DNA of 32,000 nucleotides, from the NCBI RefSeq assembly GCF_000341895.1, contig NC_020409.1:3212411-3244410 (forward strand). Reading direction: 5' to 3'. Numbering within the stretch: the stretch's first letter is position 1; the number at the start of each line of letters is the position of its first letter. Below the pieces are notes generated by a model, which was given only the letters and a program-made list of their open reading frames with translations, had not been told where the DNA came from and made no database searches. The DNA comes from Pseudodesulfovibrio piezophilus C1TLV30. GTDB lineage: Bacteria; Desulfobacterota; Desulfovibrionia; Desulfovibrionales; Desulfovibrionaceae. Shown piece after piece: positions 24,962 through 32,000 of the stretch. A program made the position numbers and the translations under genes.

Positions 24962-27097
24962 CTACTTCTTGAGCTGCTTGTTGATCTCGCCGCAGGTTGA
25001 CATGGCAGTGCCGAAATATGGATTGTGCACTTCTTCGTTCCGCTGGAGCCATGTAGCCCCTTCGTACTCGAAGGCCATGGGGCAGAATATCTCGTACAGG
25101 GGACCGTTCGTCTCCACTCCCAGTTTGAGAATGGCTTCGGAAAGTCCCACTGAAATGGGTTCGAATCCGGTACGGACTCCTACGATATCCTGGGCGTCGC
25201 GAATGGCGGCCAACCCATCGTTCAATTTTGTCAGTGAAGCGGTCCAGACATTGTGAGACGGGCCGTCCAGAACTGTTTCGTCAACCAGTCGCAGGGACTC
25301 TGATATAGTGGCGGCAGCCGAGCGAGCTCCTTCGGTATCATCTTTGGCCAGGCTCGCGGCAAGGGCTTCATATGCCCCAAAGACATGACCTAACTGTGTT
25401 CTGAACTCAACAGGAGCGGTCAGTTCCACCTCCGGTGTCGCGATGGCAAAGGTTGTCGCAAGTTCGGCATAGTGTTTTTTCATTTCCGAGAATATTTCAT
25501 GGAGTCGTCGGATATCGGGAGCCTCTGCACCGAGAATGGCATCATTCCCGAGGAGCATCGAATATTCTTTCCAGCGCAGGGCTATCTTCCCCTCCAGAGA
25601 AGAACCGTCTATCAAGCGGAGGGATTTGTTGAATTCGCCGAATGCCATATGTGTTTGGGAGAGTTCTTCCGTGGAAACGGCTGAAGACAACTCCTCAAAG
25701 GATTGGGAAAGCAGGCGAAGCTTGGAAGAGAACAAGGAAGGCAACTCCTCGGAAATTGCTCTGGAGGCGGTGCTCGGATTCATCATACTGGGCTTGGCTA
25801 CGATCTGCACCGCGCTGTCGATCTTGAAGTTTCCTTTGGTGACGACCAGTTCGCCTTCCTTGAGACCGCTGAGAACGATATAATAATTCCCGGCCTTGGA
25901 GCCGAGAATGATCTCGCGGCCTTCGTAAACTCCTTCCTTGTCTGGATTGGCGACATATACGACCGCTCTTTTTCCGGTGATAAGAGGGGCGGATGCGGGA
26001 ATGACTAACGGTGAGTTTTTCGTTTTCCCCAATTGCCCACCCTTATGCTGGGTCGCACGGACAAGCATGCCCGGCTTAAGGCTGCCGTCCGTATTGGGGA
26101 CTTCAAGGCGCACTCTAACGGTCCGGGTCTTCTCGTTGACCAATGGGTCGATGTAAACAACTTTTCCCTTGAATACTTTTCCCGGATAGGCATCGGTCTG
26201 GAACTCTACCTGCTGACGGAGTGAGACCCACGGCAGATCGGATTCGTAGGCTTCGAGGATGACCCACAGGGAGGACAGGTCCGCTATGGAGTAAATAGGT
26301 GCACCGGTTTTGACGTATTGCCCTTCATTGACGGCTTTTTTTATGACCACGCCGCCTTGTGGAGCATAGAGCGTGATATGATCAGCCGGGGTTCCTTCCG
26401 TAATGACCTTGTCAATCTGCCTTTGGGTCAAACCGAGAAGACGGAGCTTTTCCTGTGCCGCTTCCTTGGTGCGTTGAGCACTGTTTCGGACTAGGTCGAG
26501 CTTGCTGTCCTTGAGGTCGCGGATGGCCTTGATCGCCTGTATCAGTTCAGCCTGAGCCGTGAGGAGTTCCGGGCTGTAGACAGACACCATGGGTTGTCCT
26601 TTCTTGACCAGGCTCCCTGTATAATCAACGTACATTTTGTCAACGCGACCGCCGGTCCAGGCCGTAATATTTCTGACACGGGTCTCGTCATAGTCCACTT
26701 TCCCGGCCATTCGGGTCTCTACTGCCACATCAAGCCGTTTGACCTCTTCAACGGCGATTCCCGCCAGGGTTCGAGCCGAACTGGTCAGGGTTATTTCCCG
26801 CATACTGGTCTGGTCGCCTTCGTCCTTGCGGATTAACGGGATCAACTCCATGAAACATATTGGGCACTTCCCTGGTTTAGGGAGTTGGATTTGAGGGTGC
26901 ATGGAGCAGGTCCAAGTGACATTGCCTGCTTCATCGTAATGAGCTTCGAGATCATGCCCTTTTTCTCCTTCCGCCTGGGATTTCGTATCCGTTGGCGGAG
27001 AAGTATCTGACCCTTTGGATAAATATCCGGCGCCAAAAGCGATGGCGATAATCAGGATGAATATTGGGACCAGTTTGGCATTTTTGAATCTGCTCAT
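24962..27097 (-). CDS. cusB: CusB-like RND periplasmic adaptor with an N-terminal heavy-metal-binding domain and a C-terminal DUF3347-like extension
   Basis: Start at ATG 27097 after GAGGAA, followed by a TM anchor. WTCSMHPQIQLPKPGKCPICFMEL is the CxMHP...CPxC metal-binding module. A HlyD-type core follows (MVSVYSPELL..., LWVILEAYESD). The ~260-aa helical tail ends in FCPMAF..WLQ..NPYFG..M..CGE. Confidence 0.88.
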   Translation of the reverse strand: MSRFKNAKLVPIFILIIAIAFGAGYLSKGSDTSPPTDTKSQAEGEKGHDLEAHYDEAGNVTWTCSMHPQIQLPKPGKCPICFMELIPLIRKDEGDQTSMREITLTSSARTLAGIAVEEVKRLDVAVETRMAGKVDYDETRVRNITAWTGGRVDKMYVDYTGSLVKKGQPMVSVYSPELLTAQAELIQAIKAIRDLKDSKLDLVRNSAQRTKEAAQEKLRLLGLTQRQIDKVITEGTPADHITLYAPQGGVVIKKAVNEGQYVKTGAPIYSIADLSSLWVILEAYESDLPWVSLRQQVEFQTDAYPGKVFKGKVVYIDPLVNEKTRTVRVRLEVPNTDGSLKPGMLVRATQHKGGQLGKTKNSPLVIPASAPLITGKRAVVYVANPDKEGVYEGREIILGSKAGNYYIVLSGLKEGELVVTKGNFKIDSAVQIVAKPSMMNPSTASRAISEELPSLFSSKLRLLSQSFEELSSAVSTEELSQTHMAFGEFNKSLRLIDGSSLEGKIALRWKEYSMLLGNDAILGAEAPDIRRLHEIFSEMKKHYAELATTFAIATPEVELTAPVEFRTQLGHVFGAYEALAASLAKDDTEGARSAAATISESLRLVDETVLDGPSHNVWTASLTKLNDGLAAIRDAQDIVGVRTGFEPISVGLSEAILKLGVETNGPLYEIFCPMAFEYEGATWLQRNEEVHNPYFGTAMSTCGEINKQLKK

Positions 27098-27287
27098 GAT
27101 TTCCTCGGTGTCTTCCCACAGTAAAGGGGGCGGCTGTGCCTGGATGCCGCGCTTGTGGCACCCTGTTTGTTTGTCGCGGTCGATTCCGGCCGGACAAAGG
27201 TTACGTTGTCGAATCAAATATCAGCCATCCGATTCTCAGTCGGACTCAAAAAAAGGACAGGCCGTTGGGGTGAACTGTTTTTTCCGG

Positions 27288-28634
27288 TTAGCGTGTTCTT
27301 CTGAGAAGAGAACCATGAAATTCGCATGGGAGTTCCTGGCCTACCAATGTTTCTATTTCTGCCAGACGCTGTGCCTGGTCCGTCAGGGCACGGTAATAGG
27401 CAAGTTGTAATTCCAGCAGGGTTTTCTCCGCATCAATCAAATCAAGGGCTGTCCCTCCTCCGGTCATGAAGGATTCCATGATAACTCCCAGAGACTGTTC
27501 TGCTTTCGGGACCAGCGTGTCCTTGTACAGGCCAATTTTTCGTCCTGCATCACGGTATTTGTAGAGGGCCAGTTCCAGATCGGCCCGCAAGGTGCGTTCG
27601 AGACCGACTCTGCTCCGTTTTGCAGAGAGAATCCTTGCCTGACTTTCTTCCACTGCGGCATCGCGTGCACCGGTCCAGATGGGCAGGTTGAAGGCCATGG
27701 TCGCCATGACCGGGTTGTCTCCGTCGCCCATCACTCCGGAGTTGCGTGCGTCATCCACTTCAGTGACACCGATGCCAAATGTGAAATCAGGATAATAGTT
27801 GCGTTGGGCAAGTTCTTTCCCGGCCTCAGCCTTGGCTGTAACCGTGTCCCAGTATGCAAGCTTCGGGTTGGACTCGGGCAGACGGGAGAACAGGGACTCT
27901 TCGGAATCGGTGATGGACATGACCGGAATCGATGCCGGAAATTCTATGGCCTGGTTTCGAGGCCGGTCCAGCAGAGCGTTGAGTCTCGCTGCCAAGGGGG
28001 TTTTCAAATCCATGAGGGAATTGAGACGGTCTTCGAGTTTGCCCAGTTCGACCTGTGGTCTGATGATGTCGGAGTGCTTGGCTGTTCCTGCCGTATAGCG
28101 GGAGGTGGCAATCTTTTCCAGATACTTCATTAACTCGATGTTTTCACGGGTGATATCGGTGGCGCGGGCCAAGTAGGCGTACTCATAGTATACCTGCTTG
28201 ACTTTGTAGAAAGTGCTGAGTTTCAAATCATCGAATTGGGCCTTGAAACCATCAGCTTCACGAAGGGCCATTTGTTCCTTGAAGCCGAGTTTGCCGAAGA
28301 AGGGGAATTTTTGTGATAACCCGTAATTGTAACGGGCCGGACCACCGCGAGTCTCAAGCGGCGTGGTGTAGTAGCCGAATGAAAGCATGGGGTCGGGCAA
28401 AGTGTCGGCCTGAACAGCTTTCTTGATGGCTGCCTGCCATTTTTGAAATGCAGCGCGCAGCTCGTTGTTGTTGTCCGCCGCAAGGGAGAGAAACGATTTG
28501 AGGTCATCAAGTTCCACACGGTCTCCAAGATACGTGCCCTGCTTATCTGGTGGTGTTTCCTGCGCCAAAGCAGGAAAGCCCTGAGCGCATACCAGTATCA
28601 TCAAGGCTGTTACGAACAAGACGGTTTTTCTCAC
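27288..28634 (-). CDS. cusC: TolC/CusC-family outer-membrane efflux protein
   Basis: GTG start after AAGGGAGA, then a signal peptide. The length of 448 aa and the two-repeat OEP pattern fit (LSQKFPFFGKLG..., NLPIWTGARDAAVEES...). Confidence 0.88.
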   Translation of the reverse strand: MRKTVLFVTALMILVCAQGFPALAQETPPDKQGTYLGDRVELDDLKSFLSLAADNNNELRAAFQKWQAAIKKAVQADTLPDPMLSFGYYTTPLETRGGPARYNYGLSQKFPFFGKLGFKEQMALREADGFKAQFDDLKLSTFYKVKQVYYEYAYLARATDITRENIELMKYLEKIATSRYTAGTAKHSDIIRPQVELGKLEDRLNSLMDLKTPLAARLNALLDRPRNQAIEFPASIPVMSITDSEESLFSRLPESNPKLAYWDTVTAKAEAGKELAQRNYYPDFTFGIGVTEVDDARNSGVMGDGDNPVMATMAFNLPIWTGARDAAVEESQARILSAKRSRVGLERTLRADLELALYKYRDAGRKIGLYKDTLVPKAEQSLGVIMESFMTGGGTALDLIDAEKTLLELQLAYYRALTDQAQRLAEIETLVGQELPCEFHGSLLRRTR

Positions 28635-28657
28635 GATTATCTCCCTTCAGGCTCTCT

Positions 28658-28677
28658 TTGTTAAAAAGTCTTAACAA
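28658..28677. promoter_or_regulatory. inverted repeat TTGTTAA-N6-TTAACAA in the cusC leader/promoter
   Basis: Perfect 7-bp arms, 24-43 nt upstream of the cusC GTG. A candidate operator or weak RNA hairpin. Confidence 0.3.
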
Positions 28678-28992
28678 ACTATATGCCAGATAGTGTTTCT
28701 AACTCTAATTCAGTATCTTATCAGGTTTCTTTCGAAAAATCCCGACTAAAATGATCGGGTTCAGTGCATTTTTTCGCACATTTTGTGCATCGGGCATGTG
28801 CAGTTTTGTGCCAAAGCTGCCATACTCAGTACAATATATGTTCGTTGTGACTAACATTATAATTTATTAGTTTATTTTACCCTATTGTTCAGATGGTATA
28901 CATCCTGCTTTTACGCTAGAAGAAATCAATGTGCACATGAACAGGACAAAGGTGGTTCTGACCTCTGTGTGAACTTCCTGAGCGGAGAAATA

Positions 28993-31083
28993 ATGCGAAT
29001 TCGATCCAAATTATTAATACTTCTTTTGCTTGTATCCCTGACACCTCTTCTGGTGGTGCGGGCGACCATACGGCGCGATCTGAATCAAATGGGGGACACC
29101 CTGGCAGAGCGCAGCGCCAATGTACTTGTTCACAAAGCCAGTACCGGATTAACGAGAATTGTGGAGGACCATGCACGGGTTTTGATGCGGGAGAGGCAGT
29201 TGTTGGAGTCTACCTCGCTTCTGCTTGCCTCCAAGCTGGAAGGGGTTCTCTCCGGGCACGCCCATACGCCGTCCGACAGCTCTTTTGCCCTGACTGAAGA
29301 GCAGGTGGCTATGATGGCAAAGGGCTATTATTTTGAGCATATGCAAGGCCGTATACAATCGTTGCATGTTGATTTGGACCATGTCTCGGTTCGCAACGGG
29401 GATGGCCGGGAAGCCATGCTTCACGGATTGGCTGCGCTTATGTCCAGGGTCAAATCAAACTATCCCAATCTCATTCTTTGGATCGAGATGCGTCTTGCAG
29501 ACGGTACATCCGTGGTCTACCCTGCATTGGAAGGACGTGGGATGATGCGTCCGAGGGTCTCTCGTATGTCGATGCCCCAGGCGTTACTTCCAGCTTTAAC
29601 CTGGAGCAGTCCACAGCCAGACAGCCGAACCCGTCGAATGGCTTTCCGCGTAACATCACCCATCAGGAGTGCGAAAGGCATCCTCGAGGGAAATTTGACC
29701 ATTGTGGTACCGGTGGATTCCATGCTGCACGACAGTCCTCATGTCAGCATGTTCTCGACCAATGCGCAGTCTTTTCTGGTTCGTCCGACAATCGATACCG
29801 AGCTTGGGCTGAACCGGATTCAGATCATAGCACAGCAGGCCTCCAGAAACTCTGGGCGTGGACACTGGCAGATGCCCAGCAGCAAGGCGTGGCTCGTCTG
29901 CCCGAATGCTGACACGCTCAAGATCATCACCACTTCTTTGAAGATGCAGCGCCCCGGTGTGGTGGACATGCAATATCAGGGCAGCAATTCCCTGTGGGCC
30001 TATGCTCCTCTTGATGAGAGTGGTTTGGCTCTCATGTTGATCGTTCCTAAGGAGGATGTTGTCAGGGAAGCTGAAGTCGCACGACAGTTCATAGGGGATC
30101 AAGTCGCGCACCACGATACATCCATGGGGATTGTCGTCCTTGTTGTCGCGGGATTGGCCCTGATTTTCGCTTTGGTTCTTTCCCGGTTGTTTACGCGAAA
30201 TATCCGTGAACTGGCTGATGCGGTGAGAAGTGTGGCCAAGGGGAATTTCTCGGTCCGTGCGCCGATTCGCTCCAAGGATGAAGTCGGTCAACTCAGCCAT
30301 GCTTTCAACAAGATGGTCCCGGCTCTGAAGGAACGTGTTTCCATGAAAAATTCTCTGGAAATGGCTCAGGAGGTACAGCAAAGTCTTTTGCCTTCGGTGG
30401 ATCCTGAATTGCCTTGGGTCGATGTTGCTGCCGCCAGCATGTATTGCGATGAAACCGGGGGCGATTATTACGGATTTGTGGAGCGCCGAACCGGTTCTCA
30501 ACGGAGTTTGGTCGTCGCAGTTGGTGATGTGAGCGGGCACGGGGTTCAGGCCGCACTCATGATGGCGTCCGCCAGAGCATATCTTCGAGGGGAGCTCCTT
30601 GGGGGAGCGTCGTTGGTCAGTGCCATGGAAACCGTCAATCGCCGAGTTTTCGAGGACGTGGATGGTTCCGGTCGGTTCATGACTCTTTTCCTCATGGAAC
30701 TTTTCGAAGACGGCGCTGTGCAGTGGGTGCGGGCCGGGCATGATCCTGCGTTGGTCTATGACGTCGAGACCGGGGTTTTCGAGGAATTGGCAGGTTCCGG
30801 TCTGCCTCTTGGCGTGATTGAGGATGCTGCATTTGAAGTGTGCTCCCGTGTGGATTTCAATACGGGTCAGATCGTGCTTATCGGGACTGACGGTATTTGG
30901 GAGATGCGGTCGAAAGTCGGTGAAATGTTCGGTAAGGAGCGACTCAAACGGATTATTCGCGACAATGCCTCGGGGACATCCGGTCAACTCAATACGGCTT
31001 TGGAGCAGGCGTTGACCGAGTTCCGGGGGGAGTGTGTGCCAGTTGACGACATAACCGTCGCAACTCTCAAGCTCCTTCGATAA
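28993..31083 (+). CDS. membrane sensor phosphatase: periplasmic (Cache-like) domain - TM - HAMP - PP2C/SpoIIE
   Basis: ATG 28993 follows GGAGAAATA. TM1 is LLILLLLVSLTPLLVV and TM2 is MGIVVLVVAGLALIFALVL, enclosing about 370 aa of periplasmic sequence. The HAMP segment is RELADAVRSVAKGNFSVRAPIRSKDEVGQLSHAFNKM. SpoIIE motifs are GGDYYGF, VGDVSGHGVQAALMMA and GTDGIWE. Confidence 0.88.
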   Translation: MRIRSKLLILLLLVSLTPLLVVRATIRRDLNQMGDTLAERSANVLVHKASTGLTRIVEDHARVLMRERQLLESTSLLLASKLEGVLSGHAHTPSDSSFALTEEQVAMMAKGYYFEHMQGRIQSLHVDLDHVSVRNGDGREAMLHGLAALMSRVKSNYPNLILWIEMRLADGTSVVYPALEGRGMMRPRVSRMSMPQALLPALTWSSPQPDSRTRRMAFRVTSPIRSAKGILEGNLTIVVPVDSMLHDSPHVSMFSTNAQSFLVRPTIDTELGLNRIQIIAQQASRNSGRGHWQMPSSKAWLVCPNADTLKIITTSLKMQRPGVVDMQYQGSNSLWAYAPLDESGLALMLIVPKEDVVREAEVARQFIGDQVAHHDTSMGIVVLVVAGLALIFALVLSRLFTRNIRELADAVRSVAKGNFSVRAPIRSKDEVGQLSHAFNKMVPALKERVSMKNSLEMAQEVQQSLLPSVDPELPWVDVAAASMYCDETGGDYYGFVERRTGSQRSLVVAVGDVSGHGVQAALMMASARAYLRGELLGGASLVSAMETVNRRVFEDVDGSGRFMTLFLMELFEDGAVQWVRAGHDPALVYDVETGVFEELAGSGLPLGVIEDAAFEVCSRVDFNTGQIVLIGTDGIWEMRSKVGEMFGKERLKRIIRDNASGTSGQLNTALEQALTEFRGECVPVDDITVATLKLLR

Positions 31084-31335
31084 TTTGAAAGAATTATGTG
31101 GAGAGTCCTTTTTTCTCGATTTTTGCTTTTCCCTTTTGTGAATGAAATGAGCAGGATCAGAAAATACAGGATTGATGTGTTTGAAATTATTTTTCTTAAG
31201 AAGCCGAGAAGAAAGAATATTTTTCTCTCTTTGGTGTCAAATCTTGATTAAGTCGAATAGTATTGTGTGAGGGGTCATCTTTCCAATAGTTCTTTATTGT
31301 GTCTATTTGGGCATAATGAAATTATTGGAAGTGAA

Positions 31336-32000
31336 ATGAGTAACACCGTTATCGACCCCACGACTGTTGAAGTTTCGGAAGGAGAGTCCTTTTCCTTCTA
31401 TTCGTTCATGGAGCTTGCCACCTGGTTCCATAACTATCCTGCCCCTGGTTTGCTGCTGGGTGGCTTCATGGTTGAAGAGGCCAAACGGTATATTCCGGAT
31501 GGGGTTTTGTATGATGCCGTGTCCGAAACGACATGGTGTCTTCCCGATGCCATTCAGCTCCTGACGCCCTGTACATTGGGCAACGGCTGGTTACGGGTTC
31601 GCAATAACGCCGTATATGCTCTCTCTCTTTTTGATAAACACAGTGGTGAAGGAGTTCGGGTTCGCCTCGACCCTGAAAAACTTGACGCCTTTCCGCATAC
31701 CCTCTGTTGGTTGATGAAAACCAAGCCGAAGAATCAGCAGGATTCCGAAGCACTACGTCATGAGATTCGTGACCATTCTTTGGAGATGCTCTCGGTGGAG
31801 ACTATTACGGTCAAGCCGGAAGTGGTGATGAAACGCAGCAAGGGAGCCATTGTCATATGCCCTCTCTGTGGGGATGCCTATCCTGAATTTCATGGAGCCA
31901 TCTGTCGTGGGTGTAGTGGTGATTCTCCTTATATGAATGACCGCTCTACATGTGCTGTCGCTGACATTGGAAATTCCATTCCTTCGACTCCCCTGGAACT
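31336..32000 (+). CDS. FmdE/FwdE-family protein with C-terminal zinc ribbon; 3' end beyond the window
   Basis: I translated this by hand. The frame is open from ATG 31336 to the window end, and the ORF track omits it because it has no stop. FHNYPAPGLLLGGFM and WCLPDAIQLLTPCTLGNGWLRV match the FmdE pattern (FHGHxCPG..., C..D.iQ...GCT.GkgnL). CPLCG...CRGC is the typical zinc ribbon. Confidence 0.75.
   Translation, partial: MSNTVIDPTTVEVSEGESFSFYSFMELATWFHNYPAPGLLLGGFMVEEAKRYIPDGVLYDAVSETTWCLPDAIQLLTPCTLGNGWLRVRNNAVYALSLFDKHSGEGVRVRLDPEKLDAFPHTLCWLMKTKPKNQQDSEALRHEIRDHSLEMLSVETITVKPEVVMKRSKGAIVICPLCGDAYPEFHGAICRGCSGDSPYMNDRSTCAVADIGNSIPSTPLE

Noticed and set aside
25147-25170. tRNA-like T-loop string GGGTTCGAATCCGG.
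   Set aside because: The flanking bases do not form a T-stem (ATGGG versus CCGGT) and no acceptor or anticodon arms are present. It lies inside the cusB coding frame.
27156-27170. TGGCAC-CCTGT-TTGT on the + strand in the cusC-cusB gap.
   Set aside because: The -12 element lacks the GC (TTGT). It also points antisense into cusC, with no + strand gene to serve.
28801-28815. Sigma-54-like TGGCAC-AAAAC-TGCA on the minus strand upstream of cusC.
   Set aside because: The -12 GC dinucleotide is one base closer to the -24 GG than the canonical GG-N10-GC spacing, and sigma-54 does not tolerate that. It is kept only as part of the GTGCA repeat cluster.
31147-31251. 34-aa ORF (MSRIRKYRIDVFEIIFLKKPRRKNIFLSLVSNLD) in the AT-rich gap before the FmdE-like gene. 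Also ORFs 9935-10210 (+) and 16425-16613 (+) in other intergenic regions.
   Set aside because: None has a Shine-Dalgarno or recognisable motifs. Their composition reflects AT-rich non-coding DNA, and the regions are better explained as promoter/operator sequence.

Overview
32-kb, densely coding chromosomal segment of about 50% GC. I call 25 protein genes, 20 of them on the minus strand. Gene content, sigma-54 usage and a Zur-type palindrome suggest a Desulfovibrio-like deltaproteobacterium; this is inference only. All homology calls come from motifs read by eye in the supplied translations, with no database search.

Gene order, left to right:
(1) 3' half of an RND pump, a small overlapping ORF, and an acidic EF-hand protein.
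(2) A zinc-homeostasis patch: a frameshifted LTXXQ/ZraP-like lipoprotein, zur, and znuA with a His-rich loop and a candidate Zur box.
(3) A secreted transglutaminase-like protein.
(4) A tetR-emrA-emrB efflux operon.
(5) A sigma-54 module: PAS-PAS-AAA+ enhancer-binding protein, three GATTC-N6-GAATC sites, a -24/-12 promoter, then a gabT-like aminotransferase and a LIV-type ABC importer.
(6) A stand-alone TiaS-kinase-domain-like protein and a HAD hydrolase.
(7) An atypical Cu(I)/Ag(I)-type RND operon: TolC-like OMF, a tri-domain CusB-like adaptor, a 1309-aa CusA-like pump, and a 24%-Met periplasmic protein. It is read divergently from a Cache/HAMP/PP2C (SpoIIE) membrane phosphatase.
(8) A partial FmdE-family gene at the right edge.

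I found no rRNA, tRNA, CRISPR array, transposase, integrase or phage genes.

The most unusual content is the architecture of the cus-like operon, the bacterial TiaS-like orphan, and the clearly readable sigma-54 enhancer/promoter. I see no clear-cut completely novel multi-gene system. The cus-like cluster with the divergent phosphatase is the best candidate for something not yet described.
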